The translations under genes were made by a program, and so were the position numbers. This document shows, piece by piece, positions 1-9,621 of a stretch of 64,000 nucleotides of DNA. Below the pieces are notes generated by a model. The model had not been told where the DNA came from, did no database searches, and worked only from the letters and a program-made list of their open reading frames with translations. This stretch comes from Candidatus Anstonellales archaeon (GTDB lineage Archaea > Micrarchaeota > Micrarchaeia > Anstonellales > J096): assembly GCA_038890615.1 (NCBI GenBank), contig JAWAFI010000001.1, positions 130,611 to 194,610 of the forward strand, given 5' to 3'. The stretch's first letter is position 1; the number at the start of each line of letters is the position of its first letter.

Positions 1-39
1 ACACCAATATATTTAAAAATATACTTTTTTAGAGTAGTG

Positions 40-3000
40 CTACCATTTGCCATACAAAAACATATACCGAAGTGCATCCGCTTTATCATATTCGTCCTTT
101 ATTTCTAGAGCCTCTTTTATCTTTTTTACTTTAGATGGGTCCTTAAGTGCCTCTTCAAGGTTCTTATTTACTTCTCCCTCACTAATACCAAAAGATTTTA
201 GAATTTTGATTATTTCTTCTTTTTCTGAACTGGTTAAAGTTATCTCTTTAGATTCCTCTGGCCCTTCCGTAGAGCGCCTATACATTGCCCTCTGTTGGGG
301 TGTTAATACCCCTTCACTTTCTCCTTGAATTCCTGAAAGGTCTGTTGGCCTCCTTCTAATTTCAGCTGGTCTTATATAAGGTTCTCTCCCTAGATGGTTC
401 AGCACCCTAACCTCCTTCTCTTTGCCCCCTAACTTCAAGCTGTCAGGAAGCATCAAGGAAAGGAAAAGAGCAACTGCATTTTCCTCTTCAGGTCCAAAAG
501 GAACAACCTTCCACTTGTTCCAATCTGCATCCTTGAGCTTTATTTCTATGGTATTTTGTGAAACAGAGATGGAAAGGAATTCGCTTTCGTATTGAGCAGA
601 ACCCCCTGCAATCTTGCCAAGCCCCTTAAGCGCATCATCAACTATCAAAGAAGCAGAAAGGGGGGCCTTTTCAGTGAACTGAGTAGAATTCCCATCAGCA
701 TCTATCTTTCTCCCTTCTATTACTACTTCATCAAGGTAGGGGAACTGGAACTTTAGGGCACGAACAGCATTGATTAATTCTTCCTCATTCTTAAGAGGCT
801 TAACCCCCTTTTCCTTTTCAGCCCCTGAAACTCCCTCGCTCTTTTTGTCTTCAAGGCGTATGTTCGCAATTTTAAGCACTGCTAAACCTCCGCTTGTGTC
901 AAGAGAAACCTCTGCCCCTCCGAAGGTCGCTATGTTTGCATTGGATAGGAAGCCCTTTATCTTCTGCTCTTCATCAATGGTGCTTATCATTTTTCCGCGC
1001 TCACCAGATGAAAGCGAAAGAGCTGACAATGAGCCCCAGAGGCCGAAATTGCTAAGGTTTAAGTTCTTGACAATAAGAGGGGACATTGAAAGGTTTTCTG
1101 CTGTAAATGCCAAACCCCTTGGAAGCAGCGCTATTGACCAATCAAATGCTTTTGCACCTGCCTTTAGCAGAATTGGCCACGATGAAACAATGCTGTCCTT
1201 CATCACCCATTCTGCAGTTCCTCTAAGATCTGCAGCGACTTTCCTAAGGTACTTGAATAATGGCTCTTCGGAAAGCTCTAACCATGTTTCGAGCCTCTTT
1301 ATGTTTCTTTCAACTTGTTTTATATATCGATCGAGCTCCTTTATCCTAGCAGATTTTGCTGCCTCAATAGTTTTTTCGCCCTGTTCCTTTGCCTTTAATC
1401 TTTTCTTTAAGTTTGAATATAGGCTCCTAAGAACCCCAAGCCTCTTTTTTAAGTCCCCACTCTTTAATAGCTTAAATATTTCTTGGTCGGTTTGCTGGAA
1501 AAGCTTATTTATTTCTTCAAGCTCTGTTGAAATATCTTTTCCTGCCTCTTTCACCATCCTTAATGTGCTCTCAACATTATCCACTTCGCCCCCTCCTAAA
1601 GGCTGTTCTTCTGCCTTTTCAGGGGAAATCTCCTTGATTTCCTTTTTTGTTTTCTCCACGTTGACCTTTGTTCTTTCAGCTTTATTTCTTAATTCATCTA
1701 ATGGTCCTCTAACTTTTTCTACATTCTCCGGCTTAAGCATTTCCATATCGGCTTGTTTCTTAATGCCCTCGCGCTTTTGTGATTCACGTACTCCATCTAT
1801 CACTTTTTTGCTTATATTCCTTGGAGCTTGACCAATCTTTTTGGCAACCTTTAATGCACCCCCTCCTAAGAAAGTTTCCATAAACTCTTCTTTGGCAGCT
1901 GCCCAAGAAGCTGCTGGGTCTTTTATGTTAAGCTTTGTGGCTGGGCTTGCAACCAGCCTTATGAATGCCCCTGTTGCTGCGAAGAATGCAGCCACTTTCA
2001 GGTGGTCCTTAAGCCCCCTATCAAACTTGCCCTCCTTAAGCATTGTGAGCGCAATTTCTATTTCTTTTGGATCAATTCCAAGCTCTTTTGCAATCCTGTG
2101 CAAAGGTCCGTTTACTCTGCCGTCTATTAAGAACATCCCAAGAAGCTCATTCGCTTCCTTTTTCATTTCCTTATTCACTGGAGCAGGGCTTACTAAATCA
2201 GAACCCCAGGAAAGCAAAAGCCCAGTTATGCCAAATATGGTACCGTACTTAATAAGCTCTGTGAAAGGGGTTGATAGAGTGTAAAGCACAGCAGAGCCAA
2301 CAAGCCTTGGGCTGAGCAATGTTTTGGCAACAGGCCCAACAGCTTTAAAACCACCATAGACCATGGCCGGGGCAAGGGCAGCATTCATTGTGCCTATTGT
2401 TGCCTCAAAAGCCATCCCTTTGTACTCCTCTGCTGCCTTTTGTGCATAAGCCATGAACATCAGCTGGTTGGCAGCAAACATAGATTCAGCCATTGCCATC
2501 TCTTGGATGTTTCCTTGCTTGCTGGCATGCACAAATTTTGAGTACATGGTGGTCATCTGGGTGTATGCATTGTCCATGCCATCTACATATTGCTGGAATC
2601 GGGCTCCTTTGGTGTTCCTATCTGTCACTTTGAATATATTTATGAACCCTCTGGCTGCAGCGCCTATCCCAAATAGCTCAAGAATCTTAGCGGGGTTATT
2701 CCAACTTGTTCTGTCCTCAACTACATTTTCAACACTGCTCCAAAAGTACCTTCCTCTTGAGGATGCTTGGCGCATGTAGCCGTCTATAATTCCAAGCGAA
2801 GGAAGCATATAACCCCATACTTCTTCGAAATAGTTTCCAAGTGATTTCTTCTGCTTTTCTATAAGATCGTCTGCAGTTTTCATATACTTCTTGAAATCTG
2901 AAGTATTAAATGGTCCTTTTGAAGGGCTGTTTTCTATAGCACTAATGAAAAGGCGGGCCTTTATGTAGGCCTCCCCTGCTGAAGAAAAGTAGAGCATGGA

Positions 3001-3237
3001 AGCAATCTCAAGCTTTTTATCTGTGGGCAGTGTATTCCATATTTTATTAAGCTTCTCAAGGATTTGTGGATCGCGCGATAAGCATGTGAAGAATAGATGC
3101 TGTGCATAACTTACATCTTTTTGAATCAAAAGAACATCTATTTTTTGCTTTGAAATACCATCAAGCTTATTCACCATGTCTAAAGCGAACTTAGTCTGAG
3201 GCGACATATCCCTGTTCAATCCCACCTGATACCCCAT
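40..3237 (-). CDS. Large orphan membrane-associated protein (1065 aa) with Gly/Ala-rich hydrophobic helices, central coiled coil and a C-terminal module shared with the upstream gene
   Basis: Long ORF with genome-typical K/E-rich composition; hydrophobic segments around aa 280-345 and 415-430; coiled coil around aa 510-660; no family recognised. Confidence 0.8.
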   Translation of the reverse strand: MGYQVGLNRDMSPQTKFALDMVNKLDGISKQKIDVLLIQKDVSYAQHLFFTCLSRDPQILEKLNKIWNTLPTDKKLEIASMLYFSSAGEAYIKARLFISAIENSPSKGPFNTSDFKKYMKTADDLIEKQKKSLGNYFEEVWGYMLPSLGIIDGYMRQASSRGRYFWSSVENVVEDRTSWNNPAKILELFGIGAAARGFINIFKVTDRNTKGARFQQYVDGMDNAYTQMTTMYSKFVHASKQGNIQEMAMAESMFAANQLMFMAYAQKAAEEYKGMAFEATIGTMNAALAPAMVYGGFKAVGPVAKTLLSPRLVGSAVLYTLSTPFTELIKYGTIFGITGLLLSWGSDLVSPAPVNKEMKKEANELLGMFLIDGRVNGPLHRIAKELGIDPKEIEIALTMLKEGKFDRGLKDHLKVAAFFAATGAFIRLVASPATKLNIKDPAASWAAAKEEFMETFLGGGALKVAKKIGQAPRNISKKVIDGVRESQKREGIKKQADMEMLKPENVEKVRGPLDELRNKAERTKVNVEKTKKEIKEISPEKAEEQPLGGGEVDNVESTLRMVKEAGKDISTELEEINKLFQQTDQEIFKLLKSGDLKKRLGVLRSLYSNLKKRLKAKEQGEKTIEAAKSARIKELDRYIKQVERNIKRLETWLELSEEPLFKYLRKVAADLRGTAEWVMKDSIVSSWPILLKAGAKAFDWSIALLPRGLAFTAENLSMSPLIVKNLNLSNFGLWGSLSALSLSSGERGKMISTIDEEQKIKGFLSNANIATFGGAEVSLDTSGGLAVLKIANIRLEDKKSEGVSGAEKEKGVKPLKNEEELINAVRALKFQFPYLDEVVIEGRKIDADGNSTQFTEKAPLSASLIVDDALKGLGKIAGGSAQYESEFLSISVSQNTIEIKLKDADWNKWKVVPFGPEEENAVALFLSLMLPDSLKLGGKEKEVRVLNHLGREPYIRPAEIRRRPTDLSGIQGESEGVLTPQQRAMYRRSTEGPEESKEITLTSSEKEEIIKILKSFGISEGEVNKNLEEALKDPSKVKKIKEALEIKDEYDKADALRYMFLYGKW

Positions 3238-3312
3238 ATTCCCACCGGATATATTTGCTCATCGATGCTTTAAAATATTGATGGTTGGAATGGCTAAGGC
3301 GTTTTGCTGTGT

Positions 3313-4236
3313 TTACTCTATGCCAAGGGTTGCCTTAATACTGAAGAGCTGGGCATTCTTGTCTTTGAATTGAAGGTATTTTTTGAGCGCTTCTTTAGTA
3401 GTTGGATTTTTCATTACCTCTGAAAGCTTTTCATCAAACTCTTTTTCACTAACTCCTGCTCCTATCAAAATGCTTTTTATGTCCTGGTAGATGCGCTCAT
3501 CCTCAGTATAACCCCTTTCAAGGTCTGATATCCCTTGGGGTTTTGGTGAAGGCTGTTCCTCCTTTTTGCCCTTCTCATTTGAGCTCTGTGGGCTCTGCTT
3601 CACTAATGATGGTTTTTGGCGTGGGCCAGGCACGGCATATCCCACTACTTTAGAAGTGAAACCACCACTCAGGCAATACTTTCTAGAATATTCTATAAAT
3701 TCTGATTCTACACTTGAACCCATAATTAATTTCAGTATCTTCTTTCCTGTTTCTATTGGGTGGGTAGCAATCATTGGAGGCACAGCTGCTACTTTGTAAA
3801 TTCTCGCAATTATTTTATCTTTTGGTGTTTTGGCAACCTTATTAAGCTCTTTTATGAAATCATAAGAAACTGGATAGGTAAGTTTTTTATAAAATTCCAC
3901 GAACTTTGGACTCAGCGCAAGCAACGACTTTTCTGCAACAATCTTCTTTGTTCCGGCCTCAACCCCTTCCTCAAGGGCTTTTTTCGCTATTGCCTTGCCT
4001 GCTTCAGAAACACCCTTGCCAACTGTTAACTTGCCAACCACCCCTGCCCCTGTAATGGTTAGGATATCGAACACAAGTGAAGAAGCAGTGAGCACTGCAA
4101 CAACAGAGCCCCATTCCCAGTGGCCGTCCTTGTAAAGAAGGTAGGAATCCTTTCCTAGCCTGTAAGTTCCAATAAAAGGAACGAAGTCAAGCGCAAAGTC
4201 TCCTGCTTCTTTAGCCATTTGCCTAAGAGATGTCAT
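3313..4236 (-). CDS. Orphan protein with PT-TG (pre-toxin)-like N-terminus and shared C-terminal module
   Basis: N-terminal LDFVPFIGTY followed by a hydrophobic hairpin and GAGVVGK; C-terminus similar to that of 40..3237. Confidence 0.7.
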   Translation of the reverse strand: MTSLRQMAKEAGDFALDFVPFIGTYRLGKDSYLLYKDGHWEWGSVVAVLTASSLVFDILTITGAGVVGKLTVGKGVSEAGKAIAKKALEEGVEAGTKKIVAEKSLLALSPKFVEFYKKLTYPVSYDFIKELNKVAKTPKDKIIARIYKVAAVPPMIATHPIETGKKILKLIMGSSVESEFIEYSRKYCLSGGFTSKVVGYAVPGPRQKPSLVKQSPQSSNEKGKKEEQPSPKPQGISDLERGYTEDERIYQDIKSILIGAGVSEKEFDEKLSEVMKNPTTKEALKKYLQFKDKNAQLFSIKATLGIE

Positions 4237-4603
4237 GCCAACCCACTCCTATAAGAGCATCTAGGTATTTTGCTGCGTATTCCCTGCCATTGTTTGCATC
4301 AAGCCATGCTTTTATATCCTTAAAGTTCCTGCTAAGCTCAGGGCTTGAATCAATTGCCTCTTTAAGGCCTGGCTTCCTCCCATATAAGTAATATATGATA
4401 ACAGAGTAGTTTGCAAGATGAATTGAAAGCTCAGAAAGGAGCCTCTCTTTCTCCTTTTTGTCCTTCTCAGTATTTATTCTCTCAGAAAGCTCTGGTATGA
4501 AGCCCTTGACAAAAACATCTGAAAAAAGCGCTGGGTAGCTAATGTACTTTTTGGCATCTGCAAAGCTTTTTATTTCTTTTTTTGGGTCTGGAGCTGCGCT
4601 CAT
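4223..4603 (-). CDS. Hypothetical protein (126 aa), first gene of a three-gene orphan operon
   Basis: Start re-placed at ATG 4603 (MSAAPDPKK) downstream of a TTTAAA box; overlaps the next gene by 14 nt. Confidence 0.7.
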   Translation of the reverse strand: MSAAPDPKKEIKSFADAKKYISYPALFSDVFVKGFIPELSERINTEKDKKEKERLLSELSIHLANYSVIIYYLYGRKPGLKEAIDSSPELSRNFKDIKAWLDANNGREYAAKYLDALIGVGWHDIS

Positions 4604-4704
4604 TTTTATCCCTCTATTATATACTACCACTAGGGTATTTAAAAAAGTGCTGGAAACAAGCAAAAATCTTTTAATGTTTGGCATGGTGCAAAATAAGGGG
4701 AAGG

Positions 4705-5988
4705 ATGAAGAAGGAGTGTCCGCTGAGGGTTGACGAGAGCAAATGCCTTGCAGAACAAAAATTCCCAGCAATGCCCTGCCTTGAGCCAAGGAATGGGTGC
4801 TTTGATGAAGAGCTTAAATACGGGCTCAATGCAATAAGCCTTTCTGCAGGAGAATTCATAGAGCACTCTATAATAAGGCTAAGGGAAAAAGGCATTGCCC
4901 TTGATGCTGAAAAGGAGGAATTTGTTAGGGAGGTGCTTAAGCAGGAGATAATGATAGGAATAAGGGAGCTCTGCGAAGTGCCCAAGATCATAAAGAAAGG
5001 GGAGAAAGACATAGAACAAGGCAAGAAAACTATAGATGGGCTTGCTTTTGTTTACTTTATAAAGGCAAAGGAAGAGCTGGAGAAAGTGCAGGTAAGCAGC
5101 AAATGCGCAACAGCTTTGGCATTGATGAGCGTTGCCCCTGAGATGAAGCTTTATACAGTGCCAGGCCATCAGATAAGGACAGCAGAATTGATGGAATATA
5201 TAAAGGAGAAAACAAACATTGACTTCGCATTCCCAGGCCTGATGGTTATGCATGATTTCGGGAAAGCTGCATTCAACTCATGGAACCTTAAAGGAAGCAA
5301 GGATTCAATCATAGAATATATAGTGGATGAACATGAGAGGAGAAACACAGGGGATGAAAGCATAAATGTAGGCATAAAGGTGCTTATTGCAGAGGGGCAC
5401 GCATGCTTCTGCCACGAACTAATGCAGGCAATGAAAATGATGTGCCTCCATAAAGAAAGCCACAATTACACGCTAACAGAAGACATATTCAGGAAGGTGC
5501 TTGACCACCACCCTTACACCTATTATGGGGTTGACCCAAGGATAAAATCAATGACCCTTCTGGCTGATTACCTTGATGGAGTAATGTCTTTCAGGGAGTA
5601 TGCGATGAGGAGGTTTGAGACGCCTGAGCAGGTGAGGGCAAGGATAAAGGGGGCATTCTTTATTGACAACCCTTACAGGGAATTCGGGAAGGCAGCCGGC
5701 TACACTGAATTGGAGGCAGCAAAGCTCATATTCGGCTTCGTTGAGCGCATGTATGGAAAATACATGAGGGAGCTATTCGGAGAAGACTATTTTACATTCC
5801 CAAAGCTCAATGAAAGGGCACTTGAGCAGGTGTGGAAGGATTTGGAGATATTCAGAAGCATAAACATGCTTAACAAATACATGAAGGTGATGGTTGAAAC
5901 TCACTTAGTAGCAACCAAGAGGGAAAGGAAATATACTGCATATGGGATTGGGCATGTTTTGAGGGAAGCGAGGGAAAGGATCAAATAG
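4705..5988 (+). CDS. HD-domain phosphohydrolase, HD-GYP-like
   Basis: Motifs GHQIR, MHDFGK, LDHHP and LADYLDGVMSFREY; start re-placed at ATG 4705. Confidence 0.7.
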   Translation: MKKECPLRVDESKCLAEQKFPAMPCLEPRNGCFDEELKYGLNAISLSAGEFIEHSIIRLREKGIALDAEKEEFVREVLKQEIMIGIRELCEVPKIIKKGEKDIEQGKKTIDGLAFVYFIKAKEELEKVQVSSKCATALALMSVAPEMKLYTVPGHQIRTAELMEYIKEKTNIDFAFPGLMVMHDFGKAAFNSWNLKGSKDSIIEYIVDEHERRNTGDESINVGIKVLIAEGHACFCHELMQAMKMMCLHKESHNYTLTEDIFRKVLDHHPYTYYGVDPRIKSMTLLADYLDGVMSFREYAMRRFETPEQVRARIKGAFFIDNPYREFGKAAGYTELEAAKLIFGFVERMYGKYMRELFGEDYFTFPKLNERALEQVWKDLEIFRSINMLNKYMKVMVETHLVATKRERKYTAYGIGHVLREARERIK

Positions 5989-6043
5989 CCAATATATTTA
6001 AATGAGTAGTGCTTGACTAAATTATTATCGGTAAGATATTTTT

Positions 6044-6117
6044 GCCTCGGTAGCTCAGCCAGGTAGAGCGTCTGCCTGTTAAGCAGAGGGCCGGCGGTTC
6101 AAATCCGCCCCGGGGCG
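6044..6117 (+). tRNA. tRNA-Asn(GTT)
   Basis: Cloverleaf: GCCTCGG/CCGGGGC acceptor; TCTGC-CTGTTAA-GCAGA anticodon arm; GGCGG-TTCAAAT-CCGCC T arm. Confidence 0.97.
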
Positions 6118-6119
6118 CT

Positions 6120-6902
6120 ATGCAAAAGGAAAAAAAAGAAGAAAATAGGAAAGTGGTTGCAAGAGCAATTGGCAGGAGCGAAAGCGAGGAGAGATCATGG
6201 AAGGCGCTGGAAAGGTTTAGGGATGAAGGCAAAGAGAATAGGATAAAAAAGATAAGGGCCATAGGCAACAGGCCAAAGGGGAATGATGAAGAAATTTTCA
6301 TATTGGTTGAAGGGATTAGGAATGAGGATTTGGAGGTTAGGGTAAATTCCGCATGGGCCCTGTCAAAGGTTGCAGAGGAAGGGCATGACATATCAATGGC
6401 ATTTGGCTATCTTAAGAAGGAGCTAAGCTCAGAAGACAATATGCTCAAGGAATACGCGATATCAGCATTGTCAGTGGCTGCATGGCAGGGTGCTGATGTA
6501 AGCTTTGCTAAGGATGAGATTGTCAAGCTCCTTTCGCACGAGCAGCCCTCAATAAGGATGAAGGCCCTATCCGCTGTGCTTTACAATGCGCACGAAGGAA
6601 AGGATGTTTCTTATGCGTATAAGGAAATCGCAAAACTGCTTGCAGATGAATACCCTATTATAAGGTCAACTGCATTGAAAGCCATAAAGAAGGCAACAGA
6701 GAACTGCCCAGAGGAGCATCAAGAAGAGCTTGAGAGGCTGCTCCTGGATGTGTTATATAGCAATGCTTTTGACAGCATAGAGCCTCATGAAAGGGCAAAC
6801 TTAGAGGAAGAGCTAAGGAAAGTTATAGAGAGCATAGGCTCGTACAATGAATTTGAAGCCAGGAAAAAGGAGGAAAAGGGTGAAGAGCGCACAATAAACT
6901 GA
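6120..6902 (+). CDS. HEAT-repeat protein
   Basis: Repeated HEAT-like units (EVRVNSAWALSKV, SIRMKALSAV, IIRSTALKAI). Confidence 0.8.
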   Translation: MQKEKKEENRKVVARAIGRSESEERSWKALERFRDEGKENRIKKIRAIGNRPKGNDEEIFILVEGIRNEDLEVRVNSAWALSKVAEEGHDISMAFGYLKKELSSEDNMLKEYAISALSVAAWQGADVSFAKDEIVKLLSHEQPSIRMKALSAVLYNAHEGKDVSYAYKEIAKLLADEYPIIRSTALKAIKKATENCPEEHQEELERLLLDVLYSNAFDSIEPHERANLEEELRKVIESIGSYNEFEARKKEEKGEERTIN

Positions 6903-6904
6903 AA

Positions 6905-7747
6905 TTATGAAGAAAGCAACGCTGCTTTTGAGCTAACCTCCATCTCAAAAAGCATCTTCCTAAGGACTCCCTTAGGGTCAATAAATGATTCGCTAAGAGA
7001 AGAAATGTAAATGCTGAAAGGCAATGTAAAGGCAGCTGATGGGAGCCAGGAGAATGTTGCGAGCGCAAACACAGAGAATGAAATGCTCATTGCAGCCCAT
7101 GATGCCATTCCCAATCTCATAGCTTTCTTATGCTCTATGTAATAATCTACTTCCCTGCGAAGCTTGTCGCACTCAAGGATTATAGAGCACCAGTCAAAGG
7201 AGGTGTTTGGCATTATTGACCTTTCTTGTGATGAAGCAAAAAGCGGGCTTTTTAAGTCAATTATCCTTTGAAAAGCAAGGTCATTGATGGAGAGGGAAGC
7301 AAGGAATTCCTTGAAAGTAAAAAGCTTCCTATAAGAAATGTTGAAGAGCAAGGTTTCGTAGCGCGAGATGGCTACTAAATCAGGGCCATAGAAGGTGGCG
7401 CCAATCTCCTCCTTTATCTTCTTAAATGATTCCAAAACTTCAAGAAAACTGGGGGAGAAATTGGAATATATTAGCGCTGCCCTTTCCCCAAAAAGCGCCT
7501 GCTCGTATGCCTCCCTTGCAAGGGCCCTTGACCCTGTGTAAAGGGCGCCGTAGCATTTGTGGCCGCACCTATCTGCCTCAACCTTGAACCTGTCAAACTC
7601 CTTTAGCTCAGCCCTTCTCCCTATCCAATCCTTTAAGCCAGCATCAATAAAGCTTTTCCCAAAGTAAGGGCTTATGCACCTTGAGTAAGCAAATAAGAGC
7701 GGGTATTCCTTTTCTCTGCTTTTCCTAGTGGAATATGCGAAATCCAT
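6905..7747 (-). CDS. Hypothetical protein with C-terminal transmembrane hairpin
   Basis: 280-aa ORF with hydrophobic segments near aa 210-250; TATA box upstream. Confidence 0.65.
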   Translation of the reverse strand: MDFAYSTRKSREKEYPLLFAYSRCISPYFGKSFIDAGLKDWIGRRAELKEFDRFKVEADRCGHKCYGALYTGSRALAREAYEQALFGERAALIYSNFSPSFLEVLESFKKIKEEIGATFYGPDLVAISRYETLLFNISYRKLFTFKEFLASLSINDLAFQRIIDLKSPLFASSQERSIMPNTSFDWCSIILECDKLRREVDYYIEHKKAMRLGMASWAAMSISFSVFALATFSWLPSAAFTLPFSIYISSLSESFIDPKGVLRKMLFEMEVSSKAALLSS

Positions 7748-7820
7748 TAATTTATATAAGTTAAGACAATTTAAAAAGGTTGCTAAATAAGATTAAAAAT
7801 AAAGCGTGATAAAGCTATTT

Positions 7821-8342
7821 ATGAAGAAGCAGAAGTACAAAAGCGAAGAACCTTATGCTAGGAAAATGATTAAGGGCAGCTTGCTGGTGGAAGAGCGCAA
7901 AAGAGGTTTGATAGAAGCAGTCAAAGAAGGGAATTATGAAAGATGCGAAAAGCTCCTTTCAAAAGGCGCAGACCCAAACAAGCTGAGCAATGGGCTGAGC
8001 CCGCTTATGGCTGCAGCAATTAAAGGAGATACAAAAATAGGCAAGCTCTTATTGAAGCACAATGCAGATGTGGATTTGATAGGGAAGGATAGAAACACAG
8101 CAATGCACTATGCAGCCCAGCATAAGCACTGGAGGTTCCTTGAGATGCTCCTAAAAACTACCCCATTCCCAGACCCAAGAATCAAAAACAAGGAAGGAAA
8201 GGATGTTTTGGCAATAGCAAAGGAGAATGGTGCACCTGAAAAGGTTATAAAGAAAATAGGCCATATAGAGTCATGTGCAAGATTAAGAGAGGTTAATAGA
8301 ATATATATGTATAAATGGATTGAAAAAATACTGAGCGGATGA
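7821..8342 (+). CDS. Ankyrin-repeat protein
   Basis: KLLSKGADPN, GLSPLMAAA...LLLKHNADVD, NTAMHYAA, IKNKEGKDVLAIA. Confidence 0.9.
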   Translation: MKKQKYKSEEPYARKMIKGSLLVEERKRGLIEAVKEGNYERCEKLLSKGADPNKLSNGLSPLMAAAIKGDTKIGKLLLKHNADVDLIGKDRNTAMHYAAQHKHWRFLEMLLKTTPFPDPRIKNKEGKDVLAIAKENGAPEKVIKKIGHIESCARLREVNRIYMYKWIEKILSG

Positions 8343-8383
8343 AAGCTTTAGGAGAAGAGAATAAGCAAAGGGCGAAATATTTG

Positions 8384-8602
8384 GCCTATTAATGCCATGA
8401 TGTCTAAAACCATAAGCAGAGGGTATGGAGGATGGAATGAGAGACCTCTTAGAGTAAGTACCTCTTGACTGTGAGCGCTACTATTGACAAACACCCCTTG
8501 CACCCACTCCCTGGGCAGAACCCGCAGTGCCCACCAGAAAATGAGTGCGCAAGGTACAACATATTCCCTGACTAAGCGAGGAAAAGCAAATGGCATTGAG
8601 GC
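8384..8602 (-). ncRNA. Candidate structured ncRNA (unknown family)
   Basis: 8-bp closing helix 8391-8398/8590-8597; long G:U-containing hairpin 8496-8554 that pairs well only on the minus strand; further stems 8564-8583 and 8418-8465; lies in an otherwise empty ~300-nt gap. Confidence 0.45.
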
Positions 8603-8639
8603 GCAATGAAGATTTAAATAGGGATTCCCAAATAAACGC

Positions 8640-9581
8640 ATGAAAAAGCTTATTTCAGAGTTGGAGGAAGGCCAGCAGGTTGATTCGCTTTTTTCAGTAA
8701 AATACAAGAAGCCAATAGTCCCTTATGAAGGCGGCTTTAGGTTTGTGCTAGGCGCAAGCGATAGGAGCGGGGAGATAGAGATACACTATTGGGGAGGGGC
8801 AAAGGAGGATGAAGTAAGGGAGGTTTATGAAAGGGTAAAGGAAGGAGAGGTTGTGCGTGTAAGGGGCTTTGTTGGGAAGTTCAGGGAAAAGCTTAAAATA
8901 GATGTGAACCAAGGGAGCGGAACAATAGAAAGAAGCTCCTCTTACTCAATAGAGGACTTCATAGCGAAGAGCCCAAGGGATGCCTCTGAAATGAGGAAGG
9001 AGCTTAAAGCCATTATAGAAAGCATAGATGATAGTGATTATAGAAAGCTGGTGAAAGAGGTATTGAAGAGGAACGAGGAAAGGTTTTATGTCTGGCCTGC
9101 TGCAATGTACCTCCACCACGCCCATCTTAATGGCCTGCTTGAGCATACGCTCAACTGCTGCAAAATGGGCGATGCTTTTGCAAGAATATACTCCATAGAT
9201 AGGGACTTGCTTATTGCAGGGCTTGCGCTCCATGACATAGGTAAGACAAAGGAGTTTGAGGTTAGCACAAACATAAAAGTAGGGGAGGAAGGGATGCTAA
9301 GAGGGCACATAGTGATTGGGGAGGAAATAGTAAGGGAGGTTGGGAAGGAGATTGGCACTGATGAAAGGAAGCTCAACAAAGTGTGCCACATAATAATAAG
9401 CCACCATGGCACAAAGGAATATGGCTCTCCAAAGGAGCCAGAGTTCCCTGAAGCAGTTGCAACCCATTACATAGATTTGCTTGACAGCAGGACAGTGCAG
9501 TACATGCAGGCAATAGAGGAAGCAAACACAGAGGACTTCAGGACTTATAAAAAGGGGCTTGGGGAGATTTATCTGCGATAA
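8640..9581 (+). CDS. yhaM: OB-fold + HD-domain 3'-5' exoribonuclease, YhaM/Cbf1 family
   Basis: N-terminal OB fold (LGASDRSGEIEIHYW); PAAMYLHHAHLNGLLEHT, LHDIGK, HIIISHHG, EYGSPKEP, YIDLLDS. Confidence 0.88.
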   Translation: MKKLISELEEGQQVDSLFSVKYKKPIVPYEGGFRFVLGASDRSGEIEIHYWGGAKEDEVREVYERVKEGEVVRVRGFVGKFREKLKIDVNQGSGTIERSSSYSIEDFIAKSPRDASEMRKELKAIIESIDDSDYRKLVKEVLKRNEERFYVWPAAMYLHHAHLNGLLEHTLNCCKMGDAFARIYSIDRDLLIAGLALHDIGKTKEFEVSTNIKVGEEGMLRGHIVIGEEIVREVGKEIGTDERKLNKVCHIIISHHGTKEYGSPKEPEFPEAVATHYIDLLDSRTVQYMQAIEEANTEDFRTYKKGLGEIYLR

Positions 9582-9621
9582 GGATTAAAAAGGTGCATAG
9601 CAAAAGAGTTTAGGTGGGAAA

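Noticed and set aside
770..2779. Long plus-strand ORFs (770..1831, 1841..2284, 2453..2779) and similar Ser/Phe/Leu-rich antisense ORFs throughout
   Set aside because: These are shadow frames of purine-rich K/E-coding genes on the opposite strand.
8348..8707. 119-aa (or 82-aa) minus-strand ORF
   Set aside because: The long form overlaps yhaM; the short form has no Lys and no recognisable motif. RNA structure explains the region better, though a small membrane peptide is not fully excluded.
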